Notes: generated from the sequence alone by a model not told the origin. Numbered from the stretch's first letter, positions 1 to 10,663 are shown. The stretch: 64,000 bases of DNA from Minisyncoccia bacterium (GCA_049297775.1 JBAQUX010000017.1:21337-85336); one strand, 5' to 3'. Program-made: numbers and translations.

Positions 1-1
1 G

Positions 2-1105
2 CGAGTTCCTACAGTAGCGATTATTGTCCCCTGCTACAACGAAGAAAAGACTGTTGCCGGGACCATACAGTCACTACTACACCTTGAATACCCAAAGGAT
101 AAGCTCTCTATCTTAGTTGTGGACGATGGTTCGAAAGACACCACATTTAGCGTTGCGTCACAATTTTGTAATCAAGCGCAGGTACAGGTGTTCCATAAAG
201 AGAATGGCGGAAAACACAGCGCAATGAACTTTGCATTACATAAAACAAACGCAGAGATAATTGGCTGTCTTGACGCAGACTCATTTGTCGAAAAAAATGC
301 ACTTCGCGCAAGCATTAAACAAATGATTGAAAGTAACGCTGACGCAGTAACTCCTGCGATTGTGGTACATGAACCTAAAAATATGCTCCAGCTCATTCAA
401 AAGGCTGAATATTCTTTGGGAGTCTTTATACGCCGTGCTTTTTCAGCGGCAGGTGCCATCTTTATTACTCCAGGTCCATTATCACTCTTTAAGCGTGACG
501 TCATTATTACACTTGGTGGCTGGAAACATGCGCACGGCACCGAGGATTTGGAAATGGGATTACGGTTACAGAACAATTTTTATAAAATTACTAACACTCC
601 CCGTTCTCATGTCCAAACAAAATCCCCTGACACAATTGTAAAGCTCTACAAACAACGCGTACGATGGACGTATGGGTTCATTATGAATGCCCTTGATTAC
701 CGTCATATGTTCTTTAACAGAAAGTACGGCTCACTTGGTATGGTGCTACTCCCTGCAGCATTCTTTTCTATTTTTACTGTTATTTACTTTACCATCACCA
801 TTGGTTCACATCTTATCTCTAATGGCTACAACACGTTGGTGAAGTACAGCATTCTTGGTGTGCACATGCCTTCGCTGTCGAACTTTGATATCTTCTTTGT
901 GAACACTTCTTCTATTGCGCTCCTCGCCTATGTCCTCTTCTCAATCGCGCTCACGCTTATGTGTATCGGGAAACGACTCTCTGGAGGCAGAATATTCGCT
1001 CTCGATGTACCTCTATACCTCACGTTTTACGGATTCCTAGCACCACTATGGATTGTAGGCGCCGTAGCACGTGCTATTACTCGCACGCAAGCTCCATGGA
1101 GATAA
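2..1105 (+). CDS. Processive family-2 glycosyltransferase (cellulose/chitin-synthase-like), 5' end truncated by window start
   Basis: Frame continues open to position 2 (..IIVPCYNEEKTVAG..); DDGSKD and DADS D-x-D motifs; QRVRW (QxxRW) processive motif; C-terminal TM helices. Confidence 0.8.
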   Translation, partial: RVPTVAIIVPCYNEEKTVAGTIQSLLHLEYPKDKLSILVVDDGSKDTTFSVASQFCNQAQVQVFHKENGGKHSAMNFALHKTNAEIIGCLDADSFVEKNALRASIKQMIESNADAVTPAIVVHEPKNMLQLIQKAEYSLGVFIRRAFSAAGAIFITPGPLSLFKRDVIITLGGWKHAHGTEDLEMGLRLQNNFYKITNTPRSHVQTKSPDTIVKLYKQRVRWTYGFIMNALDYRHMFFNRKYGSLGMVLLPAAFFSIFTVIYFTITIGSHLISNGYNTLVKYSILGVHMPSLSNFDIFFVNTSSIALLAYVLFSIALTLMCIGKRLSGGRIFALDVPLYLTFYGFLAPLWIVGAVARAITRTQAPWR

Positions 1106-1113
1106 TATAAACT

Positions 1114-1794
1114 ATGCATATTCAACGATACATAATGGCCTTTTTACTTACGAGCTTTCTCTTTGGGACAGCGCTTTTCGTAAGTAACTATTTCAACGAG
1201 CGCCGTGTACAAAACGTAAGAACAATTCAAGAGAATATGGCGATTGATATTCTTTCGCTTGAAACTCAATTCCAACTCCTGCAAGAACTATCTTGTAAAG
1301 ACATAAAGGAAAACTCTGTACTCTCGCGTGAGGTTGCAAATCTGTCTGCACGACTTTCGTACACAGAAGGTCAGCTCGGTTCCGACAATGAGGAGGTGTT
1401 ACGCCTAAAACGCCAATATTCACTTCTGCAGATAAAGGACATGCTACTCATGAAGCGTGTTTCTCAAAAATGTAAACTCGAACCAGTCTTCATCCTTTAT
1501 TTCTACTCCAATAAAAAGGATTGCCCAGAGTGCGTAAGACAAGGATTGGTACTCACCGCCCTTTCAGAAAAGTATCCTCGATTGCGCATCTACTCATTTG
1601 ATTACAACCTTGATGTACCTGCGTTGAACACGCTTATAAAAATTAGTGATGTTACTGGCGAACTTCCTGTCCTTGTTATAAACGAAAAAGTAGTGAACGG
1701 CTTCCAGTCAGTTGCAGATGTTGAGAAACTCATTCCAGAAATACAAACGCTCGTAGAGAAAGTTGAGCCTGAAAATACACCTAAGAAAAAATAA
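1114..1794 (+). CDS. Membrane-anchored coiled-coil protein with C-terminal thioredoxin-like CPEC (CxxC) domain
   Basis: N-terminal TM helix, central heptad-rich segment, C-terminal CPEC motif in Trx-like context; ATG at 1114. Confidence 0.6.
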   Translation: MHIQRYIMAFLLTSFLFGTALFVSNYFNERRVQNVRTIQENMAIDILSLETQFQLLQELSCKDIKENSVLSREVANLSARLSYTEGQLGSDNEEVLRLKRQYSLLQIKDMLLMKRVSQKCKLEPVFILYFYSNKKDCPECVRQGLVLTALSEKYPRLRIYSFDYNLDVPALNTLIKISDVTGELPVLVINEKVVNGFQSVADVEKLIPEIQTLVEKVEPENTPKKK

Positions 1795-1809
1795 CCTGCT
1801 CGCGTTACG

Positions 1810-1844
1810 TATTCAAAAGCATCCATAAAGGATGCTTTTGAATA
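1810..1844. terminator. Hairpin (attcaaaagcatcc...ggatgcttttgaat) downstream of the 1114..1794 CDS
   Basis: 14-bp perfect inverted repeat with 5-nt loop. Confidence 0.45.
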
Positions 1845-1936
1845 TCCGTCCAACTTAATGCAGCCGCTCAGACTAAACTGATGTACATGTGACCGCATTG
1901 CACTACTGCTGAACCTATCTACGCACTATATTTTCT

Positions 1937-2012
1937 TGGAGCCGCCTGTCAGATTTGAACTGACGACCTACTCATTACAAGTGAGTTGCTCTACCAACTG
2001 AGCTAAGGCGGC
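1937..2012 (-). tRNA. tRNA-Thr (anticodon TGT), CCA encoded
   Basis: Reverse complement folds as cloverleaf: acceptor GCCGCCT/AGGCGGC, D arm GCTC..GAGC, anticodon stem ACTCA/TGAGT loop CTTGTAA, T arm GTCAG TTCAAAT CTGAC, 3' TCCA. Confidence 0.85.
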
Positions 2013-2026
2013 ATTATGTCTGAACA

Positions 2027-2416
2027 TTACTGTTCCGACGCGGTATTATTACCTTTTTTTATACTCCTGTCTAGTGCCTCATCCTTAACATCTTCTAAGT
2101 AATGCGCCTGTTTGCGCACACGACGCGCTGTACGGTGCACAACTGTGCGTGCCCGATATTCGAGCATATGAGCAAAACGAGCCATAAGGCGGGCACCGTG
2201 GTGCGTTATATATGTTGCTATATGTTGACCATGTTGCAATAGTTTTTCAGGAGTGACATTTTCTTCGAGCCATGTCTGCAGTCGGGCAACATGTACATCT
2301 GCCCGCGCACGTATCGATTCAAAGTAGCGCTCACCGCGAGTAAGTTCGCGATGCCACACATAAAATAATATACCGAGTACTCCTGCAGATAGTACAAAGA
2401 GGTATATAAAAAACAT
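2027..2416 (-). CDS. Hypothetical membrane protein (N-terminal TM helix, basic/His-rich C-terminal part)
   Basis: 129-codon ORF with hydrophobic N-terminus; no recognisable family. Confidence 0.45.
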   Translation of the reverse strand: MFFIYLFVLSAGVLGILFYVWHRELTRGERYFESIRARADVHVARLQTWLEENVTPEKLLQHGQHIATYITHHGARLMARFAHMLEYRARTVVHRTARRVRKQAHYLEDVKDEALDRSIKKGNNTASEQ

Positions 2417-2427
2417 AGTATGCTCTC

Positions 2428-3006
2428 CTAGAGGGCAACGCGCTCTGCTCGAACGACCTCAACTTTTTCTCCAAACTTCTGCACTGCTTCTTCGATGAGT
2501 TGCTTTATAGTGTGTGAACCGTCTTTAACGAAAGTTTGCTCAAGAAGTACTTTCTCTTTCAAGTATGAGTCTACTTTTCCTGCAACTATTTTTTCGCGCA
2601 TCTCTGCTGGCTTTCCTGCTGCCTCTTCTTCAAAGACTGCCTTAGCCGCAACGACATCTGCATCAGATACTGATTCACGAGTAATGAATTGAGGTGCCAT
2701 CGCTGCTACGTGCATGGCTATGTCATACGCAAGCTTTACGAAATCTGGGTTACGCGCAACGAAATCCGTCTCACATGCGAGGGCAACAATTGCTGCTACG
2801 GTGTTATTACTGTGTACGTACGCCTGAATTGCACCTGCGCCAAGCACTCTATCGGCTTTTTTTGCAGCGGCTTGTGCACTGATTTTTCGCAATATAACTT
2901 TTGCCTTCTCTAAATCACCACCCGTTTCTTCAAGTGCTTTTTTGCACTGCATAACTGCGACACCTGTTTCATCTCGAAGTTGTTTAACAACATTCATGTC
3001 TACCAT
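2428..3006 (-). CDS. tsf: Elongation factor Ts (short form)
   Basis: N-terminal UBA-like region MVDMNVVKQLRDETGVAVMQCKKALEETGGDLEKA typical of EF-Ts; immediately downstream of rpsB as in the conserved rpsB-tsf operon. Confidence 0.9.
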   Translation of the reverse strand: MVDMNVVKQLRDETGVAVMQCKKALEETGGDLEKAKVILRKISAQAAAKKADRVLGAGAIQAYVHSNNTVAAIVALACETDFVARNPDFVKLAYDIAMHVAAMAPQFITRESVSDADVVAAKAVFEEEAAGKPAEMREKIVAGKVDSYLKEKVLLEQTFVKDGSHTIKQLIEEAVQKFGEKVEVVRAERVAL

Positions 3007-3065
3007 AAGAAAATATTTAAGATTATAAATTATGCAGAAAAGTGGTACAAAACCACAGTCCGCTA

Positions 3066-3755
3066 TTATTTCACACTTGCGTTCAACGCGCGTGCGATTG
3101 ACTGTGTCACGTGTGCAATACTCTTGTTTGTTGCGTCGTTTCCAGGGATTGGGTATTGGATTTTTGAGAAATCACAGTCAGAGTTTGCAAGTGCAATAAC
3201 AGGAATGCCAAGATCGTTTGCTTCAAGTACTGCATCCTCTTCAAATTTTGTATCAACGATGAATACTGCTTGTGGGCGCTCCTTCATAGACATGATGCCA
3301 CCAAACTTTTCAGTGAGCTTATCAATCTCGCGATCAATCATAAGACGTTCACGTTTTGTGTACTTTACCAGTGCACCAGACTCCTTGTCAGCCAAATGCT
3401 TCTCAAGTCTGTCCACACGCTTTTTTATTTCTTTAAAGTTTGTGAGCGTACCTCCTATCCAGCGACCTGACACATACGGCATTGCGCATGACTCAGCTGC
3501 AGAGCGTACGATTTCTCGCGCTTCGTTCTTACCACCGATGAAAAGTACCTTACCGCCATTCTTGTAGACATGAGTGACAAACTCAAGAGCCGCCTTAAGG
3601 TGCTCTGCTGTTCGTTCGAGCTCAAAAATATCGTTTCTGTTCTTCTGACTGTAAATAAATTTTTGTGCGCTTGGGTGTCTGCGTGTACGTGAATACCCGT
3701 AGTGAAGTCCCGCGTCAAAAAGTGCTTGTATTTCCGGCTGTACGTGTGTAACCAT
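3066..3755 (-). CDS. rpsB: 30S ribosomal protein S2
   Basis: MVTHVQPEIQALFDAGLHYGYSRTRRHP matches S2 N-terminus; start chosen at conserved MVT (ATG 3753-3755) although the ORF is open to 3797. Confidence 0.88.
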   Translation of the reverse strand: MVTHVQPEIQALFDAGLHYGYSRTRRHPSAQKFIYSQKNRNDIFELERTAEHLKAALEFVTHVYKNGGKVLFIGGKNEAREIVRSAAESCAMPYVSGRWIGGTLTNFKEIKKRVDRLEKHLADKESGALVKYTKRERLMIDREIDKLTEKFGGIMSMKERPQAVFIVDTKFEEDAVLEANDLGIPVIALANSDCDFSKIQYPIPGNDATNKSIAHVTQSIARALNASVK

Positions 3756-3797
3756 ATTGGGCAGGATAATATCAAATATACGTGAGGAAAGCAACAC

Positions 3798-4421
3798 TTA
3801 GGCACCTGGAACGACTGCGACAACCCTAATAGGACCAGCATCAGCCTCAAGCTTCATGGGAAGTGCCACAATTTGAAACGACTCTTCAGCAGTGAGCAGG
3901 CTCAGATTCGTGAGATTTTCAACTATGAGCACGTCATTTTTAAGTAGAATCTTATGAGTTGCAAAAGGCTGAGCGTCTGGGCTTGGTGTGTCCATACCTA
4001 TAATCAAAACTTCTGTATCAACTAAATATTCAGCACAATCTTCCGTAATATACGGATAGTTTGCAAAATAGGCTTCTGTGCCAAAGTGCGCACTGTGTCC
4101 GGTCATAAAAAGCACTATGTCTCCCTTCTGTATGCGAGCACCAACAATGGTCTCTTTTGAAATTTCATGTAGCCCGCGTGCGTCTACAAGCACACCTCGT
4201 CCAAAAAACTTTTTAACTTCAAACTCTGAGAGGCTCTTCCCTCCGCTAATCATATGCAGTGGCGCATCGATGTGTGTACCAACATGCATTGAGGTATGCA
4301 AGGTATGGTCGGTAAATCCGTCTACATCAATCGTTGCACTCTGGTGCAATTCGGTCTGTGGATCACCTGGATATACGGGCATGACGGATGAAAACGTGTG
4401 TGTGAGGTCAATGTATTTCAT
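3798..4421 (-). CDS. Cyclase-family protein (kynurenine formamidase-like metal hydrolase)
   Basis: HxGTHxDAPxH motif (HVGTHIDAPLH) and overall cyclase-family pattern; start at MKYIDL (ATG 4419-4421) inside a longer ORF. Confidence 0.75.
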   Translation of the reverse strand: MKYIDLTHTFSSVMPVYPGDPQTELHQSATIDVDGFTDHTLHTSMHVGTHIDAPLHMISGGKSLSEFEVKKFFGRGVLVDARGLHEISKETIVGARIQKGDIVLFMTGHSAHFGTEAYFANYPYITEDCAEYLVDTEVLIIGMDTPSPDAQPFATHKILLKNDVLIVENLTNLSLLTAEESFQIVALPMKLEADAGPIRVVAVVPGA

Positions 4422-4456
4422 GCGTAAACTGTAACACAGAATGAATTTGATACTGA

Positions 4457-4485
4457 AAACACCAATGCTACGCATTGGTGTTTTT
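4457..4485 (-). terminator. Intrinsic terminator hairpin (aaaacaccaatgc..gcattggtgttttt); a second GC hairpin lies at 4501..4525
   Basis: 13-bp stem followed by T-run on the minus strand, directly after the stop of the 4542..4940 gene. Confidence 0.55.
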
Positions 4486-4541
4486 AACAGGTAAAAGTTC
4501 GGGTCGCGGTGATGAAGCGCGACCCAGGCAAGGCGCATGGC

Positions 4542-4940
4542 TTAGCGCATAAGCAACCTTGGTCCAATCGTCATCGCAATGACGACAAGTGACAAGATTG
4601 TGACGCTTACGCCGAAAACCACCGCACCAGGCCTTTGAAGAGCAGGCCATCTACCGTCCGCCAACATCATGGCAGCACCAAACAAGGCAATGCAAACGCC
4701 GAACACGATAATGCCACTACTCAGGTACTTGGGGATGGGTCCCTTCCAGTGGTTCAACACAATCATCGCTCCGCCGATTAAGGCAAACACGATGCACTCC
4801 ATCGCAACATGCGCCCAAAACGAACCTTGCTCCCATATAGTAAATGTGAGAACAACGTAGCCGTAGGCGACTGCGAGGCAAATAAAAAGCAGGACCAGTA
4901 CCGCACGCACAGAATCACTCATGGCCATCTCCGGAACCAT
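4542..4940 (-). CDS. Hypothetical 4-TM membrane protein
   Basis: 132 codons, four hydrophobic helices, ATG start, own terminator. Confidence 0.5.
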   Translation of the reverse strand: MVPEMAMSDSVRAVLVLLFICLAVAYGYVVLTFTIWEQGSFWAHVAMECIVFALIGGAMIVLNHWKGPIPKYLSSGIIVFGVCIALFGAAMMLADGRWPALQRPGAVVFGVSVTILSLVVIAMTIGPRLLMR

Positions 4941-5001
4941 GTACGTGCCGACCCTCTGTCGGACACTAAAAATATTATAACACTAAATTTAAAAAAATCA
5001 A

Positions 5002-6933
5002 TTATAGAAGCACGCCCTTGATTCTGCGAATTCCAGCGGCTACCGCCTCCTCTTTCTGAATTTTAAATGTACCACCCTGCTCTATCTCTGAAGTATTCGT
5101 TACGTGTGGCCCACCACAGAACTCAATAGAAAATGCCTTATCGAACTGAGGGTTCTCAAGCGTTGCGCCAACAGGACCGAGTGAGTACACCGAAACAGTG
5201 TCAGGATATTTTGCACCGAACTCGTGTTCTGCATTCAACTTCTCTGCTTCTTCTTTTTGCATCGTTGAACGAGTCATTGGAAGATGTAACGTTATTTGTT
5301 CGTTCACGATATCCTCAACTCGCTTCTTCTCGTCGTCAGTCATTTTTGCCGTGTGTGAAAAGTCGATTCTGAGGCGCTCACCAGTGATATTACTTCCTCG
5401 CTGTTTTACCTGGGGGCCAAGGACTATCTGCAATGCCTTCAACAATAAGTGGTGCGTCGTGTGGAGACGTGTCGTTGCCTCAGACTGGTCTGCAAGTCCC
5501 CCTTTAAACTTTTGTTCTGCACCGGCACGTGATGCATCCTTATGGGCCTCCATTTCTTTCTTAAAGCCCTCTATGTCAACGGTAAGGCCTCGCTCGTGAG
5601 CAATCTCTTGTGTAACCTCAAATGGGAATCCGTGAGTCGTAAAGAGCACGTAGGCATCATGACCTGAGATGACCTTCCCTTCCGTTACTGCAGTTTTCTC
5701 AAACTCTTTCAATCCACGGGCAAGTGTCGCGCGGAATTTTGCTTCTTCATCAGAAACTGCTTTTTCAATATCTGCCGACTTCTCTGCAATTTCTGGATAG
5801 GCGTCTTTGTACATGTCAGAAATACTGCCAACAATCGCCGCAAACGCTTCATGCTTAACACTCAACTTATCTGCATGCATGACTGAGCGTCGAATGAGAC
5901 GACGAACGAAGTATCCTTGGTCAGCATTCGCTGGCAACACCCCATCAGCAATGAGAAACACCGCTGCCTTCATGTGGTCACAGATGATTCTGAAACTCTT
6001 TGTGTCTTGGTCGTTCTGTAAATAGACCTTTCCAGATAAATATTCGATGTAATTGATAACCGGCTTGTGGTTACACACAAAGACGTCCTTTGAATTTGTT
6101 GCGGCCATAACTATGCGCTCAAGTCCACCACCGAAGTCAACGTTCTGCTTAGGCAATAAGGCAAACGAGCCATCTGGCTGTTTCAAATACTGCATGAAGA
6201 CAGAGTTTCCGATTTCAACAAAACGTCCACAGTCACAGTTTGGATGACAGTGCTCGCCCCAAACTGGGTCATGCGGTGTGCCAAAATCATAGAAGACTTC
6301 TGAATCTGGTCCTCCTGGCTCACCTGCTGGCATATTTTCTGGGACACCTGCACGTGACCACCAGTTCTTTTTTGCATCGTAGGCAAAAATACGGTATTCA
6401 CTTCCATCACTAGCAATCATTCCTTTTTTGTACCCCTCTGCTTCACTTCCTATCTCTACATCATTTGCGATAATGTTTTTATTTGCAAATAACTCTTTCC
6501 AGACAGCAATTGATTCCGTATCTTTCGGCGTTCCGTTTTTCTCATCTCCGATGAAAGTGGTGACGTACAATTTTTTAGGATCGAGTCCGACACCATCTAC
6601 GGTGTCCGTAAGGAAATGGAAAAAGAATGGAAGTTGCTCTTTCTTAAAGTAATCACCGAGTGACCAGTTACCGAGCATCTCGAAAAAAGTTGTGTGACGG
6701 TTATCACCCACCTCTTCTATGTCACCTGAACGAAAGCACTTCTGTGAGTCACTGATACGAACACCTTCTGGGTGTGGAGCTCCCAAGAGATACGGCATGA
6801 ACGGTTGCATACCAGAACCAGTAAAGAGTGTTGTTGGGTCATTTGCAGGAACGAGCGATGCTGACGGCACAATAGCGTGACCGTTTTTTCTCATAAATTG
6901 TAAATACTTGGTGCGTACTTCGTTTGGGGTCAT
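5002..6933 (-). CDS. alaS: Alanine--tRNA ligase (short form; catalytic plus editing-type HxxxH domain)
   Basis: Class-II core SLVPANDPTTLFTGSGMQPF; later HTTHHLLLKALQIVLG HxxxH motif; alternative ATG at 6951. Confidence 0.85.
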   Translation of the reverse strand: MTPNEVRTKYLQFMRKNGHAIVPSASLVPANDPTTLFTGSGMQPFMPYLLGAPHPEGVRISDSQKCFRSGDIEEVGDNRHTTFFEMLGNWSLGDYFKKEQLPFFFHFLTDTVDGVGLDPKKLYVTTFIGDEKNGTPKDTESIAVWKELFANKNIIANDVEIGSEAEGYKKGMIASDGSEYRIFAYDAKKNWWSRAGVPENMPAGEPGGPDSEVFYDFGTPHDPVWGEHCHPNCDCGRFVEIGNSVFMQYLKQPDGSFALLPKQNVDFGGGLERIVMAATNSKDVFVCNHKPVINYIEYLSGKVYLQNDQDTKSFRIICDHMKAAVFLIADGVLPANADQGYFVRRLIRRSVMHADKLSVKHEAFAAIVGSISDMYKDAYPEIAEKSADIEKAVSDEEAKFRATLARGLKEFEKTAVTEGKVISGHDAYVLFTTHGFPFEVTQEIAHERGLTVDIEGFKKEMEAHKDASRAGAEQKFKGGLADQSEATTRLHTTHHLLLKALQIVLGPQVKQRGSNITGERLRIDFSHTAKMTDDEKKRVEDIVNEQITLHLPMTRSTMQKEEAEKLNAEHEFGAKYPDTVSVYSLGPVGATLENPQFDKAFSIEFCGGPHVTNTSEIEQGGTFKIQKEEAVAAGIRRIKGVLL

Positions 6934-6994
6934 AGTAGACACAGTATACATAACTACATATTTTTTTCACTATGTTCTTGTTGTACCATAGGGT

Positions 6995-7495
6995 ATGTCT
7001 AAAAAATCAGAAAAACTGGACACTGAGCCGTGCACAGCTCTACTCTACGACCCCACAATAGTATCGTGGGAAACAATTCGACATGACATTCTCAACATTG
7101 AACATGCGACATTCCCAAGCAAGCCGTTTGATGAGAAAGATTTAGAGGCTTTCTTCAAGAACAAAAGTTCTGTAATTGTCTTTCTAAAGGCGGGTACATC
7201 AATAGTAGGATATACATTAGGACACCCAGACCAAGAGCACTATAAATCCCTCTATATCTTTACTACGGGCATTGAGGAACGTTTTCAAGGCAAAGGTCAT
7301 GTAGCGGAACTGATGCGCACTCTTGAACATGAAGCGAAAAAGCGTGGGTTCACACATATAACGAGAGATGCACGAATAGATAATGGATACGCAGATGCAA
7401 TCAGTAGGCATTACGGTTCTCGGATTGATTCATTGCAGACGAGTGAACATGACTCTCCATGGGGTAGACAGCGTTTTTTTAAGATTGCTTTGTAA
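6995..7495 (+). CDS. GNAT family N-acetyltransferase
   Basis: Acetyl-CoA motif RFQGKGHVAELMRTLEHEAKKRG (Q/RxxGxG/A). Confidence 0.75.
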   Translation: MSKKSEKLDTEPCTALLYDPTIVSWETIRHDILNIEHATFPSKPFDEKDLEAFFKNKSSVIVFLKAGTSIVGYTLGHPDQEHYKSLYIFTTGIEERFQGKGHVAELMRTLEHEAKKRGFTHITRDARIDNGYADAISRHYGSRIDSLQTSEHDSPWGRQRFFKIAL

Positions 7496-9257
7496 CCAGT
7501 GCTTCAAATTCTGCAACATCTCTCTCCACCGCACGAATACCTTCTGTAAAGAAATCTTGCTTTGATACGTCAATGCCAATTGCTTTAAATATGTCTGCAG
7601 GACGAGCTGAACTTCCAGCGGAAAGGAATTTTTTTACCTTTTCAATATATGCTGGATCTTTCTCTACGCGAGCATACAGCGCACGCGCAACAATACTCCC
7701 AAAGGCATATGAGTAAAGATAATATCTGAGACGGAAATGTGAAATGTAAATAATACGATTACCATCCTCAGGGTACAGAGTAAGTGCGTCACCGCCAAAC
7801 TTTTTATTCTCGTCGACAAAGATGTCGCACATTTCACTAAATGGTACGAATCCCTTTGCGTACACGCTTTGATAGAAGCGGTGTTCGACGTTAAAATCTG
7901 CTACCGCATGAAAGATGTTATTCATATCTTCGAAAAGCACCTTCATGCGTAACGCTACCTGCTCATCGTGAGTAAGGGTAGGTAGTATATGCGCATAGTA
8001 CACCCTCTCGGTGAAGCGACTTGCGACTTCCGCTGCTGCAGTCGAGTAATCTTGATAGAGCGGTTTTTGGTTTTCTTCAGAAAGTGAGGAATGCACTAGA
8101 TGTCCCATTTCGTGGGCCAACGTAAATGCAGAGCGAAAATCGGGTACGTAGTTGAGCAAAATCACTCCTGGATTACCTAGTGTCTTAGAATGAAACCCAC
8201 CACCTGACTTTCCTTGTCGTGCGTACACATCAACATGCCCCTCTGCGAATGCACGGTCGAATATGCGAAGAAAGTCACTATCAAAGTTTTTTAGTGCCTC
8301 GCGTACTGTTCGATACCCTTCTTCAAACGGCATTGCTTTTTGTTTGTCGTTAAACGGCGCATTCAAATCTGAAATACGCATCTCGTTTATACCAAGCAAT
8401 TTTTTCTTAAGCGCAAAAAACTTTTGAGCAACATGCATGTGTGCATTGACTGCATCAACAAGAGCAAATACTGTTTTTGCATCCATTTCATGACTCTTGA
8501 GTGTTGCGTCATATGGATTTTTGTACCCGCGAAGTTCGTCAGAAATCTTCTTTGTTGTATAAAAGGCGTTAAGCTCAGACTCTGTAAAATCTTTGAGCGT
8601 ATCTAGTTCGGCAGAAATTCCCTTCCAGAGTGCATCTCTATCATCTTTTGATGCCAAGGTAGGCATTTTTGGTATAGCTTCATTTATTGGTATCTGCTCA
8701 CCCTTAAACGAGACCACTCTCTTGTTCAATGCGCGATCAACACCATCAACCCACATTCCATCCGTTTGACCCTTCAGGCTGAGTATTCGTTCTTCAGGCT
8801 CACTTAATGTGTACTTGCCGGAATCGAAAGTATTTTTAAGCATCTGTCTATAAAATGCGAGTTTTTTACTGGCAAGATATTTTTTTTGCAGAGGGAGAGG
8901 AGTTTTACTGAGCTGTATATCAAAGAAGAGTAGCTTATTTCCTGCTTTCGTCATACGCTCACCAAGTTGCGCAATCTGCGCAGAGACATACGCATCTGAT
9001 GAGTTCAATGCCTGCTGATAGTAAAAATATACTAACGGTTTTGCACCGCTCACCAACACATGCAATTTTTCAAATGTTTGAAGTGCCTCAAAGAGTGTCT
9101 TCTCGTTTTTTGTGAATTGCGTGCCACGGTATTTCTTTTCAAAGGTTGCGCATACGCGCTCAAGTGACTGCATATCCTTTTCAATCTGAGGATCTTTAGT
9201 GTTTGTATAGAACAACGTGAGGTCCCAAGCGGTCTGAATGTCTTTCTGCATATACAA
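7479..9257 (-). CDS. pepF: Oligoendopeptidase F (M3 family zinc metallopeptidase)
   Basis: HEMGH zinc-binding motif (TLAHEMGHLVHS) in M3B context, ~590 aa. Confidence 0.85.
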   Translation of the reverse strand: MYMQKDIQTAWDLTLFYTNTKDPQIEKDMQSLERVCATFEKKYRGTQFTKNEKTLFEALQTFEKLHVLVSGAKPLVYFYYQQALNSSDAYVSAQIAQLGERMTKAGNKLLFFDIQLSKTPLPLQKKYLASKKLAFYRQMLKNTFDSGKYTLSEPEERILSLKGQTDGMWVDGVDRALNKRVVSFKGEQIPINEAIPKMPTLASKDDRDALWKGISAELDTLKDFTESELNAFYTTKKISDELRGYKNPYDATLKSHEMDAKTVFALVDAVNAHMHVAQKFFALKKKLLGINEMRISDLNAPFNDKQKAMPFEEGYRTVREALKNFDSDFLRIFDRAFAEGHVDVYARQGKSGGGFHSKTLGNPGVILLNYVPDFRSAFTLAHEMGHLVHSSLSEENQKPLYQDYSTAAAEVASRFTERVYYAHILPTLTHDEQVALRMKVLFEDMNNIFHAVADFNVEHRFYQSVYAKGFVPFSEMCDIFVDENKKFGGDALTLYPEDGNRIIYISHFRLRYYLYSYAFGSIVARALYARVEKDPAYIEKVKKFLSAGSSARPADIFKAIGIDVSKQDFFTEGIRAVERDVAEFEALVTKQS

Positions 9258-9310
9258 TTAATTATCGAGTAAACGACTCTTGGGTTGGCCCGAGAGTATT
9301 GATACACATT

Positions 9311-10639
9311 CTAACTTTTTTCTTGTAACATTTCACGCACTTCTCGCACCAGATACAGTGAGCCACAGACACAGACAAGCGTACGTGGATCGCTCCCTAT
9401 GCACGCAGTATCAAGTGCCTGCGGTGTACTCGCCTGTACAGAAACAGAGGCGTATATATGCGCCGCAACGTTTTCTAGAACTGAGAGAGAAAGTCCTCGT
9501 GTATGCTCTATTTCTGTAATGACTATTGTTTCAGAAACAGCATGTAACTCACGTAACATCTCTTCAAATGGCTTTCCCGCGAGCGCGCTAAACAACAGCG
9601 TAACGTGTGATTCTAGCTCATGCTTTTTTATGTACGCGACAAGTGTACGTATACCATCAAGATTATGTGCGCCGTCTAATAATACGGGCGTATTTTTATA
9701 CATGCTGTACTCGAGGCGCCCAGGCCACTGCACACTTGCAAGCCCTGCACTATACGCATCAATCGGAATGGTAAGTCCACTATCAACAAGACGTTCTACC
9801 AGCATAATCGCGAGACATGCGTTCTGAACCTGATGCTCACCATGCATTTTGAGAACAATAGGATATGTGCCCTTCTCTGAAACGTAGGTAAACGCATAGG
9901 CACCATTACTATTGGTAACAGCTCGTACACTGTCTTGCATCGAGAGAAAGACTGGCACACCACCACGAGCAGTTATTTCGGTGTTCAGTACTTCGGTGCA
10001 CTCACCGTGTGGTTGGTATCCGATAATGAGTGGAATATTCTCTTTTGCGATTCCTGCTTTTTCTACAGCAATTTCAGTAATGGTGTCACCAAGAAAATCT
10101 TGGTGGTCATACCCAAGTGCAGCTATAGCGCACACGGTGGGCACACATACATTTGTTGCGTCGAGCCTTCCGCCGAGTCCTACCTCAAGAATCGCCACAT
10201 CTACTTGTAACTCGTTGAAATACCAAAACGCAAGGATGGTCATTTTCTCAAAAAAACTTAACTCATCGAGCAGACGCTCATCCGAAGCGAGTATTTCACA
10301 AGTCTCTTTAATACGCATTATTCCCCGACAAAAATCGTCATTTGAAATTGAAACGCCGGAAACTTGGATACGTTCATTAACGGATGAAATGTGTGGCGAT
10401 GTATATAATCCTGTCGCATACCCCGCAGAACGCACGATACTCTCTGTCATCGCAGAGGTTGAACCTTTACCATTTGTACCTGCTACATGCACTACGCGAT
10501 AGCCGTAATGCGGGTTCTGTAAGGCAGTAAGTACCATACGCACCCTTTCTAACCCAGGTTTCATTTTTGTTACCTCATCTCCAGCTTGTGAGAGATATGC
10601 GACTGCTTCATCATATGTCATGTGCCTCAACTCTATCAT
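9311..10639 (-). CDS. folC: Folylpolyglutamate synthase / dihydrofolate synthase (Mur ligase family)
   Basis: P-loop VVHVAGTNGKGST and Mur-ligase middle/C-terminal pattern. Confidence 0.82.
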   Translation of the reverse strand: MIELRHMTYDEAVAYLSQAGDEVTKMKPGLERVRMVLTALQNPHYGYRVVHVAGTNGKGSTSAMTESIVRSAGYATGLYTSPHISSVNERIQVSGVSISNDDFCRGIMRIKETCEILASDERLLDELSFFEKMTILAFWYFNELQVDVAILEVGLGGRLDATNVCVPTVCAIAALGYDHQDFLGDTITEIAVEKAGIAKENIPLIIGYQPHGECTEVLNTEITARGGVPVFLSMQDSVRAVTNSNGAYAFTYVSEKGTYPIVLKMHGEHQVQNACLAIMLVERLVDSGLTIPIDAYSAGLASVQWPGRLEYSMYKNTPVLLDGAHNLDGIRTLVAYIKKHELESHVTLLFSALAGKPFEEMLRELHAVSETIVITEIEHTRGLSLSVLENVAAHIYASVSVQASTPQALDTACIGSDPRTLVCVCGSLYLVREVREMLQEKS

Positions 10640-10663
10640 AGAGCTCGGCGCTGACGAGATTTT

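Noticed and set aside
3756-3797. Longer N-terminal extension of rpsB up to 3797 abutting the cyclase gene
   Set aside because: S2 homology begins at MVTHV. The extra 14 codons are probably read-through of the upstream frame.
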